The notes beneath the pieces are model-generated. The model saw nothing but the letters and a program-made list of their open reading frames with translations, searched no databases and was not told where the DNA came from. This document shows, piece after piece, positions 12,700 to 22,714 of a DNA stretch of 62,465 bases (the stretch's first letter is position 1; every line of letters starts with the position of its first letter). The position numbers were made by a program, and so were the translations under genes. This stretch comes from Chiloscyllium plagiosum (lineage: Eukaryota), in assembly GCF_004010195.1 (NCBI RefSeq), contig NC_057720.1, forward strand, positions 18,294,763-18,357,227, read 5' to 3'.

Positions 12700-13745
12700 G
12701 TGCGAGTGCCGCTTTTGGAGCCAGGCCCGGATTCACTGCGTATTGCACAGGAACAGGGAAATCCCATCGCGGATCAGAGGCAGCTCCGTCCGTCCCCAAA
12801 CGAAATACCCATCCCTGGGAGCAGGGCGGCCTCCCGCTGAAATGCTGCAGACGGGAGACTCGGGCCTACGGTCAACTCTCCCCCTTCCCCACCGCCCCCA
12901 GCCGCTTGGCTCTTCCCCGCTGACCATCCCTGCCATTTCGGGAGCAGGAGTCGGGTCTTTCCACTTCCCTCCTCCGAGAGGCTCCCTGCTGCACCCCACA
13001 GCCTCCAGCCCCGCTTCAGCGGCCGCAGTTAATGCGGTTAGTTTCGGGGGGGGGGGGGGGGGGTGGCAGGCCCTGAGGGTGCCGACCCCGGGCGTTAATG
13101 ATTAAACGGCCGGTCCTTACCTTGGAAATATTTCACCCACACCGTCTCTCTCTTCCGTTCGCTCGCGGGTTTAAAGATTAACTTTCCATAGATCCGAGCA
13201 CCAGCAAGCAGCCTCCCTTGCCTGCAGTTCGGTGTCCGCTCAGTCCTTACTCCTCCTGGCCGGCCAACCTGCCTCTCATTCGCTCCCTGTCCCAGAGACA
13301 CACTCTTCCCATCCCCCCACCCATGGAGACAACCCAGGCTCAGAGGACGGAGCGAGTGACGCAAACGCCCCGCCCCTATCCCAGTGACCACGCCTCCCCC
13401 CAGGATGCATACAAGAGCCGCTCCGGCTCCGGCCACGCCCCATCGCGGTTGCGCGCGCGAGTCAAACCACCCCCACCCACCCACGGCGCAGGCAAATGGC
13501 GCCCCGGCCGCTCCCTCGCGCGCGTGCCAGCGCTGCCCCGCCCCCACACTCGGCGCACGCACAAGGCTGCCCCGCCTCCTCCCTCACCCGGGTGCGCGNN
13601 NNNNNNNNNNNNNNNNNNNNNNNNNNNNNNNNNNNNNNNNNNNNNNNNCCCGGGTGCCCCGCCCCGCCCCGCCCCGCCCCGCGCCCCTCCGCTGCTTCGA
13701 AAGTGCCTCCCGCTGGAATAATGACTGACAGTCACTGAGGCTGCA
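12700..13745. promoter_or_regulatory. CpG island / GC-box promoter, probably of a minus-strand gene
   Basis: Abrupt high GC and CpG density in an AT-rich background; tandem CCCCGCCC GC boxes at about 13657-13685; G18 run 13046-13063; strong minus-strand donor AAG|GTAAGG at 13121/13120. Confidence 0.8.
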
Positions 13746-13865
13746 AGAACAGGACAGAAAGGCTCAACTCCCGACTCCCCAAAGCCTCTCTGCCATCTAA
13801 AGGTAAAGTAGCCATCGCCCTATTGGATCGTGGGCCTGCCCTCTCGTTCGATGATGGTTTTTTTG

Positions 13866-14118
13866 ATCAGATTGGATTTCCTACAGTGTGGAAACAACCT
13901 CTTCGGCCCAGAAAGTCCACACCAACCCTCGAACAGTAACCCACCCAGACCCACCTAACACTGTGGGCAATTTAGCATGGCCTAACCTGCACACCTTTTG
14001 CACTGTGGGTGGAAACCAAGCACCTGGAGCAAACCCACGCAGACACAGGGAGAATGTGCAAACTCCACACAGTCACCCTGGTGCTGTGAGGTAGTAGTGC
14101 TAACCACTGAGCCACCCA
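13866..14118 (-). mobile_element. HE1-like V-SINE, diverged
   Basis: Reverse complement of the V-domain ('gcagacacagggagaatgtgcaaactccacac') and head ('gtgctaaccactgagccac'). Confidence 0.85.
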
Positions 14119-14749
14119 TGCTGTTCTAACCTGAGAGGCACCGCAACTAAAATTAGTGGAAGAAGTTGAGAAGGAAAGTCCTTCATGGTAACCTCAGCTG
14201 GTGCAGGAATTCAACCCAAATCCAACCACCTTGCCCTATAAGGTGCAAGCCAGAAATGTGATGGAATATATTTCCCTTGCTGGATGAGTGCAACACCAAC
14301 AATGCTGAAAAAGCTTGCTGCATCCCCACCACAAAGCAGCCCACTGGCTTGGCAGCTCATCAATGTACACATTCAAAGTTTATTCCTATTCACCAACAAT
14401 GCAGTTTGAGAGCAAAGTACATTAGCAGTAACTCACCCTTGACAGGACTTTCCAAACATACCACCTCCATCAGTTAGAAAGACAAGGGCAGCAGATACAT
14501 GGGAACATCACCATGTGAATGTTGTCTTCCAAGTCACATATCATTCTAACTTGGAAATATTTCCGTTTCTTAACTGATTCTCGATCGAAATCCTGAAAGT
14601 CCCTTCCTAACAACTATGGACTGTAGTGTTGCAAGAAAACAGCTCGCTACCACCCCCAGGCCAATTCAAAATGGGCAAAAAAAGTTTGCATAGTCAGCAA
14701 ACCCACATCTTGAAAACAGCATTTAAAAAATGCCGTCCACCTCCAGGCT

Positions 14750-15560
14750 TGAGTAATACAGCTAACCAGAGCAATACCTCCACTCCCCTCACCCCACCAA
14801 ACCAGAGTAATACAGCCATTCAAAGCATGTGGTGCATTCAGCCACTCTGAGCTAGTGTAATATATTCTAATGCAGTCAGTCAAAGGCAGAATAATGCAAG
14901 TAGCCAGTGTGTTGGAGCAATCCAAAGCCAGGGTAATGCCTCCACCTGAGTCATCTTGTGAGTGCAATACAGCCATCAAGAGCTAAACCAACATCATCAT
15001 TTTAAACCAGTGCAACACAGCTATCCTGGGACACTACAGTGTAGCCACTCTAAGCCAGTGCAAAGCAGTAACCAGGTGTGCATGCAGCTAATGTTTAATG
15101 ATAGCGTACAGCCATCCTGAGCTAGGAATGCAATGCAGAAACCTCTGCAAACCACATGTGACAAACCTGAACCAGGGCATAAACTTTCAGTCAGCAGCCC
15201 TTAATGAGTGGATTGGAGCAACCCCTGAGCAAGGGCAACACCAAATGCAGTACTAAAACCTTCCACCAGTGCACTCTCCAACACAGAACCAGGAATTGCA
15301 TAGACACATTGTAAAAACTTTCAGTCGACACAGGTTGCATTCCTGATCCAGAGAAGCAACAACTACATTGTAAAAATCTTCAAGCTGTGCAGCCTGCAAT
15401 GCAACAACAGAAACACAAATTAAATTGCTACAATTTATGTACCAACAATTAACTGACACAAGGCTGTCTCCTACTGTAAGGAAAAAAGGATGCATTGCCT
15501 TGGCATGGCAGCTCTGAAATGCAGCATAGCAATCCTGAACAAGCACTGATCAAACTCCAC
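14750..15560 (+). repeat. Degenerate ~24-bp-period tandem repeat (consensus roughly CCAGTGCAATACAGCCACTCTGAG)
   Basis: 'agtgcaa' at 14961, 15009, 15057 (48 bp spacing); AGC(C/T)A..C..AG words at 14840, 14971, 15019, 15043, 15110, 15217, 15528. Confidence 0.55.
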
Positions 15561-16100
15561 AGAATGAGAGACCATTGAGTCAGCAGCACACTACACTCAG
15601 CCCTGAGCCAATATAAACACCAAAAATCAGGCACACCAGAGCAGCTTAAAAATATCTGTTATATACCTGCATAGTGCTTTTAAAGTGCAACAATACTGAA
15701 CTGGCCAAAAAAAACTGAACAAGCATAAAAATCCAGCAGCAACTAGGATCTGCACTGCATCAAGAATGAAGCAGTATAGTGCACAGCAATGCACCAATAC
15801 CTCTTTATGTTGGAAAACAGGATTCATTTAAACCCACAATGCAATTCTCATAATAATAAAACTAATTTGAAAACCTTTCTTTTTAAGAGGAAATGGACCA
15901 GTAGACAGGAGAAAAATAAATATAGTCTCAAGGATGCAGAGCTATTCCATCCAAAGTTACCCTCATTCAGACAGAAATTCTCACAAGTACAAGAGCTCAA
16001 ATCTCACTGAAGAACATCCACCGCACAATTTAAGCCACCTCTCTGAAATCAGACGATGCATTTCAGTTGGCATAGGGGATAGTATCACATGAGTTTCTCT

Positions 16101-17420
16101 CACCATATCCAAGGAGTGGAAGGGAGGAGGAGAGGCTGGGGAGGGAGTTGGGGGAGGGGAAGGCAGGTAATTGAAATTGGAGAACTTAATGTTGAGTCCT
16201 CCAGGCTGTAGGCTGCCCAGGCAGACGATGAGGTGTCCTTCTTCCAACTTGCGGTTTGATTCGTTATAACAATGGAGGAGGCCAAGGATAGTCATGTTGA
16301 TAAGGGAGTGGGAAAGGGAATTAAAATGGGCGGTGACTGAGAGGTCAAATCGGCCCCTGCAGACCCAGCTGAGATGCTCTGCAAATCATTTCCTAAGTTA
16401 ACATTTGGTCTCCCTGATGTCGAGAGGACCACATGGGGAGCACCTGATTCAGTGAACTAGGTTGGAGGAGAGGCAGGTGAACCTCTGTCTCACCTGGAAG
16501 GACTGTTTGGGGCCTTGGATGGAGGTGACTGGGGTGGTATACTGACAGATTTTGCATCTTTTCCAGTTGCCGGGGAGGGTACCTCAGGATTTGGGAGGGT
16601 TGTCGGGGAGAGTGGTGCAAACCAAGGACTGTCAAACAGATGTTCCTTATGGAAGGCAGAGAGGGGTGGGGAGAGGAAGATGTTCTTGGTGATGGGGTCT
16701 AGTTGGAGTTGGCAGGTGTTTAAGGCTGATGTGTTAGATGCAGAGACTGGTGGGGTGGTAGGTGAGGACAAGGGGGACCCTGGCTTTATTGCGTTGGGGG
16801 AGATGGGTTTAGAGCTGTGGAGCAGGGAATGCAAGGTGTGATGGAGGGCTATCTAGATGACAGAGTGGGGGGGGGGAAAGCAAGTTGTTCAAAATAGGTG
16901 GACATCTGGGATGCTCGCGAGTAAAATGTCTCCTTGTCCGAGCAGATGTGGCAGAGGCGGAGGAATTTGGAGAAAGGGGTGGAGTTCTTGCAAGATACTG
17001 GGTTGGAGGAGGTGTAGTCCAGGTAGTTGTGATAGTCAGTGGATTTTGTAGTAAATGTCCACCTGGAGACTGTCGCCGGAGTTGGAAATGGAAAGGTCAA
17101 GAACGGGAAGGGATATGTCCGAAATAGACTGTGAATTTGAGGGTGGAGTGGAAATTGTGGGTGAAGTCAATGAACTACTCCAGTTTAGCCTGGGTGCAGG
17201 ACACTGCGCCAATGCAGTCATTGATGTAACGGCGAAAGAGTTGGGGCACATTGCCTGTGTAGGTATTGAAGAGGGACTATTTGACGTAGCCAACAAAGAG
17301 GCAGGCATAGCTGGGGCCCAGCTGAGTGTCCATGGCCACCCCCTGGATTTGGAGGAAATTGGAGGAGTTAAAGGAAAAGTTTTAAGGGTGAAGACCAGTT
17401 TGGCAAGGTGGAGGAGGGTA
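16101..17420 (-). mobile_element. Penelope-like element (RT + GIY-YIG), frameshifted
   Basis: Minus-strand fragments RYINDC (YIDD-like), LPVLDLSIS, STDYHNYLDYTSSNP..KNSTPFSKFLRLCHICS, RKLEEGHLIVCLGSLQPGGLNI. Confidence 0.85.
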
Positions 17421-17531
17421 TTTCATCCTAGGCTGGCGCTATCTTGCTGATTGTGCAGCTCCTACACTTCTAGCCTGTCTCTGTACAAATTTGGTTCCCA
17501 ACTGCTTTTACAATATGACTGAAAATTATGC

Positions 17532-17964
17532 AAAAGTGAGTATTGCAGATACTGGAGATTAGAGTCGAGAGTATGGTGCTGGAAAAGCACAGCAGGTCAG
17601 GCAGCATCTGAGGAGTAGGAAAATCGACGTTTCGGCAAAAGCCTTTCATCAGGAATGAGGCTGGGAGCCTCGGGTTTGGAGAGATAAATGGGAGGGTGTG
17701 GGGTGGGGGGAAGGTAGCTGATGGGGTATGGAGGTGGGTTTTCTCCCTTCCCATGTTTCAGTTCCACCTTTCCCTCCGATCTATCATGAGTAACCCCTAT
17801 CCACCTATTGCACTCTCAGCTACCTTCCCCCATCCCCACCCCCCTCCCATTTATTTCTCCCCCCCTGAGGCTCCCAGCCTCATTCCTGATGAAGGCCCAA
17901 AATGTCGATTTTCCTGCTCCTTGGATATTGCCTGACCTGCTGTGCTTTTCCAGCACCACATTCT
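17532..17964. mobile_element. Palindromic PLE-tail insertion
   Basis: Two inverted copies of the PLE 3' end; flanked by the duplicated 'tgactgaaaattatgc' (17516-17531 / 17965-17980). Confidence 0.85.
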
Positions 17965-17999
17965 TGACTGAAAATTATGCCTAATGAAACCAATTCCAC

Positions 18000-20660
18000 T
18001 CCCTTTAAGTCTCCCCTTTTGGCCCTTGGCCGAGCCCAAGGCAGCCAATTTAGTGGTAGTGCTTTACACTTTACACTCTGTTATTCATAGATACTGGCCC
18101 CATATCAGTCTCAGGGTTGCAAAGGTACTCAATTATATCACCTGTACAGTTTGGTCCAGCAATTTAGACTCCTGTTGCTTGCATTCTAACTCCACATTCT
18201 CCAATTCCCATATTCCTTTCCATCTCTTGTCTTCCTTCTGGTGCTGCGCAACAAGTAGGTTCAGTATACAATTAATATCCACTGGGTAATAACCAAAACA
18301 GATTGGAGAATATCCTAACCTATCAGGGTATCTACATATTAATGCACATTAATGTCACTTAATCACCCATAAATTTTCTATGTATATAATGCATTAATGG
18401 ATGTTCCTCTTCAATAACAGGAATTGTTAGAATAATGCTGATAAATATATTATCTTGTATAACACATTCCCCATTTGTGTTAAACCCTTGAGCCAGCAGC
18501 TCAGGGTCAGGCCATGCTGTGTGTGTCATGACAGGTTAAACAAGTTACTAGGACACCCGATGACACCAGCAGCATCAACAAGAACAGCATATTAAAACTA
18601 CTAGACCTATGCCTCACTACTCACTTTACATTCAAGGGACAAGTATATAGACAAATGAATGGCACACCAATGGGGTCCTCAATATCAGGATTGATAGCAG
18701 AAGCAGTAATGCAACGCTTAGAATAGATAGCCCTCCCCACCATCCAACCCAAACTCTGAATCCGGTACGTAGATGACACCTTTGTCATTATTAAATGTAC
18801 ACAACTGGAAGAAACCCACCACCACATCAATAACATCCTCAATGGAATAAAGTTTACTAAAGAAGAAGGAAAACAACAGCAGACTCCCCTTCTTGGACCT
18901 ATTAGTAGAACGCACAGCTACTGGGAAACTCCAGACCAGTGTGTACAGGAAGAACACACATACAGACCCGATAACAACAACCACCCCAACACCACAAACA
19001 GAGCTGCATCGGAACACTATTCAAATGGGCAAGGATACACTGCAGCAACCCAGAACTCAAGAAGGCAGAACAGGATTACCTATTCAAGGGATTTAAACAA
19101 AATGGGTACCCCAAGAGCACTATCCTCCAGTACTTATGGGACAAACCTAAAGAAGAAAATACTACACGACCAAACACAATAATGACCATACCATACCAAA
19201 GACATATCAGAGATAACCAGCCGATTACTCAAACTTATGGGAATCTTAGTGGCCCACAAACCAGTAAACACCTTCCACTAGCTCCTCACAAAGGTTAAAG
19301 ATCCAACACCCACAACATTATCTACAAGATACCCTGCAAAGACTGTGAAAAATACTACTTAGGACAAACAAGAAGAAAACTGACCATATGAGTGTGTGAA
19401 CACCAGCATGCCACTGCCAGACACAAACAGTACTCTCTCATTTCCAACCTCACAGACAACGAAGGACACAAATTCAACTAGGACGATGTAACCATCCTAG
19501 CACAGGCAATACAGAGACACTCTAGAGAATTCCTTGAAGCCTGGCACTCCAACCAGAACTCAAATCAATATACACATTGAACTGGACCCCGTATACAAAA
19601 CACTCAGCTACAGAACAAATACCAACAAATAGAGACGTATAGATACCCAGCAGGACAGGGCACCAACACCTTATCAAAGACGCACTGATGATATCACCTA
19701 GCGAGGTGACAAAATGTTTGCAGAAAAACATACCAGCTCAGTGAACGAATCCACTGCTTAAGTCCATATTAGTTATCCACAGGGATAGCTCCCCCTAATA
19801 AATGTATCTCAGGACAAGGTGAGTCAATTATTTGCACCTTAGGTTCCTTACCCCTTGCTGTACTGTGGAGGGGGGGTAATGTGTACTGTTGTTGTGGATA
19901 CTGTTCTGGTAAATTTGTTACACTAAGGGATTTGCACCACTCTCTTGTTAACATTCTTGGTGTTATCATCTTTACAACTAGGACATTTTGGCATGTAGTC
20001 TGTCCTTGGTGTCAGGGTTGAAATGTTTCTGCAAGTTATAGATGAGTGTGGTGGCAGTCCAGATAAACTGTACACAATTACATGTGAATGTCAGAACTTT
20101 AAACATAGTATAATACTTCACTGTTCCTTCCTTCCTTCTACTACTTGCAACATTGAAAAAATCTTCAGAAATCATGCACAATAGGTGGTTCACTGTTATA
20201 TTAAGTCGCCCTTTAGTCTGGGCAGTGAACTGTTCCGCTGTACATGTATCAGTTCATTTGTTGATAACTCCTCAGAATCAACTTGAAAAACAGTCTCCCC
20301 ATAATATGTCACTATCATGATTAACATGGTTTAACTAAAACCATAACTAAATATTATGAAAAGCATAAATTAGTTAGTGCCTTGCTCCAAATGCGACCAA
20401 TGTTTCCAATTACCTTTCCCTTCTTGTGTATACAGACACATATTTTGCCAATTACAATCACTCATAATATCCTATCCATTGTAGTGTGAATTCTATCACC
20501 TCTAATTCTACCACCTCCACCTTCACCATGACCTTACCTTCTTCACTGAGTACCTTAACCTGTTCTGTTCCTGCCTCAATATTCCTGTCACGTTTGAGTG
20601 GCTGATCCTGAAGTTCTTGCCTTAGTCTATGCAGCTGGTTGCACAGCTTTCTCACAAATC
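18000..20660 (-). mobile_element. Candidate env-bearing LTR retroelement/ERV relic (integrase C-terminus plus env-like fragments), split by a PLE
   Basis: Minus-strand GKVMVKV..WIGYYE (GPY/F-like), GKGNWKHWSHL, ISIILTIPVIEE..IENLWVIK; purine tract AAAAGGGGAGA at 18020-18010. Motif recognition only. Confidence 0.4.
18520..19760 (+). mobile_element. Penelope/Poseidon-type PLE, 3' part, decayed
   Basis: FTFKGQVYRQMNGTPMGSSISGLIAEAVMQRLE, RYVDDTF, LPFLDLLV, VYRKNTHTD, YKIPCKDCEKYYLGQT (GIY-YIG-like); decayed hammerhead-like motif at 19685-19718. Confidence 0.9.
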
Positions 20661-20679
20661 ATTTAACTCAATTGTTCCA

Positions 20680-21042
20680 TATTTCAAAAACCTATTGACT
20701 TGCTCTTCAAATACTTTCAGCAATCCAGATTTCATAACAGTCTTGGGTAGAGAATTCCAGACATTCACTGGCCTCTGGGAGAATAAATTCCTTTGAACTT
20801 CAATTTTAAATGCGTGTTCCCTTATTCTGCATTTATGTCCCTAAATTTAAGACTCTCCCAGAAGTGGAAATATCTTCTCAATATCAATTCTTTCAAGCCC
20901 CCTAGAGTTTTGTATATTTCAATAAGATCACTATTGAGCTCCTAAATTCTAATGGATAAAGATCTGCTTAATAAATACTTAATAAATTGCCCCCTTCATC
21001 AGCCGATAAAATATTTGTTGAAATGTTGTGAATGCAGTATAA
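20680..21042 (-). mobile_element. Old CR1 3' fragment (host of the L1; continues at about 26730-26855)
   Basis: 'ttgggtagagaattccagacattcac...' and, after the L1, 'cacagtactccaggtgcgacatcacc' are collinear CR1 sequence. Confidence 0.65.
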
Positions 21043-22568
21043 TGTTATTTTTTTAAATATATTTTTATTAAAATAAAGGAATATTTTTCTTATGAATATT
21101 ACAACAAATACAAAACCAAACAATTCAAACTAATATTAAAAAAAACAAACCTGCTAATTACATAAACAAATAATAACTAATAACTAAGCTAAAAAAGAAA
21201 AATCTGAACAATAATAATAATAATGATAATAACCAGAATACAGCTCAGCAAAATAAAGCAATAGCCCTTGATCATCATATACATATTCATATGTACGTAG
21301 TTCCTTCCCTCTGGATACAAGATTCATTCCACAAAATTGCCATGGCTATGTAAAGACTCTTATTAGGATGGCGGACAAATCTGTACCCAGGTAGTCCAAA
21401 AAGAGCCACCACATGTTATAGAAATTCTCAGTTTTATGGTGCTTCATACTCGTAAGAAAGTCCAAGGGGATGTACTCCATGACTAACTTATGCCTGTCCG
21501 CCAGCACCGGGGGATTTTAAGACACCCACCCTCATAGAATGTTTTTTCTGGCACATGAAGTGAGGACACTGAAAAGCCTTTTTTGTGTGCATCTAATGAA
21601 AGTAAATTAACAAAGCCAGGAAGAAGAGAAAATGGGTCCATTTTCACCTCCATCCCCAAGGCCTTCTCTATTTCACCTACCACAGCACTCCAGTATGCCC
21701 GCAGTCTGTGGCAGGACCAAAGATAATGAGTAAGCGTGACCAAGCTCACTTTACATTTAGGACACATTGGAGATGCTCTTGCTTTAAAGTTAGCGAGGCG
21801 GTCTGGGGCCAGATGGATCCAATAGAGAATCTTCAATTGCAAGGTATGGGTCCTCTTGCAAATCAAGATCCTTCTTGTATTTTCCCAGATATCCTCCCAT
21901 ATTTCAGAAGCAATCTTAACATTCAACTCCCTCTCCCATACCTTAGAGAGCCATTCAGTCTCATCTGAGAGGCCCTCTCCCAATAGATGATAAGTGCTAC
22001 AAACAGGTAATGTACACTCAGCACTCAACACTCCTCTTCTCCATGTTGGACCTATAAGGATCAGTTAGAAGTATGGTCTCTTTTTGTATGAAGTTTCTAA
22101 TTTGAAAGAAACAAAAGAGGTCCCGACTGGGCAGTTCATATTTCTGAGCCAACTGGTCAAAGGACATCAAAAAGTCCCCTTCGAATAAATCACCAGGCAA
22201 GACCTGCCCCTAGCTGCCCATAGTTTAAACCCAGAGTCCATCATCCCTGACTGAAAGCCTGGCACACCAACTATGGGTGTCAAAAATGATGTTTTGGCAA
22301 TATTGCCCTCACCCTGATGCATTGCCCTCCACCCCTTGACAGTATTAATGACTACCCTGTGTTGGGCTATAGCAATATTCCTTAACTGTTCTCGTTTTGT
22401 CAAGAACAACAGGCTAATAAGGGGGCATCTTGCCTGAGATGCTTCAATGTCGAACCAAAGTGAATGAGGGTCACCCAATCATTCACGTAAGATAGCAATG
22501 AGCTTAACTGGTAGTTTTTGAAACCTGGGAGGCCCACTTCTCCCAGTCTGTAAGATAACTGCAATTTA

Positions 22569-22714
22569 CCTTAAGAAGGGTAAGGATTCCTGAAGAAGGG
22601 CTCATGCCCGAAACGTCGATTCTCCTGTTCCTTAGATGCTGCCTGACCTGCTGTCCTTTTCCAGCAACACAATTTCAGCTCTGATCTCCAGCATCTGCAG
22701 TCCTCACTTTCTCC
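22569..22714 (+). mobile_element. Short PLE-tail insertion inside L1 ORF2
   Basis: 13-bp TSD taactgcaattta (22556-22568 / 22715-22727); ends 'ctccagcatctgcagtcctcactttctcc'. Confidence 0.9.
22590..22617 (+). ncRNA. Hammerhead-ribozyme-like core (PLE-associated minimal type)
   Basis: CTGAAGA-A-GGGC(tcat)GCCC-GAAAC-GTC; the same motif recurs with variable loops at 32568-32595(+), 59437-59464(-), 59897-59924(-), 62298-62325(-). Stem I pairing is weak. Confidence 0.55.

Noticed and set aside
12563..13738. Overlapping 70-170 aa ORFs in the CpG island
   Set aside because: Pro/Ala/Gly/Arg-rich products of high GC and the N gap; no recognisable domain.
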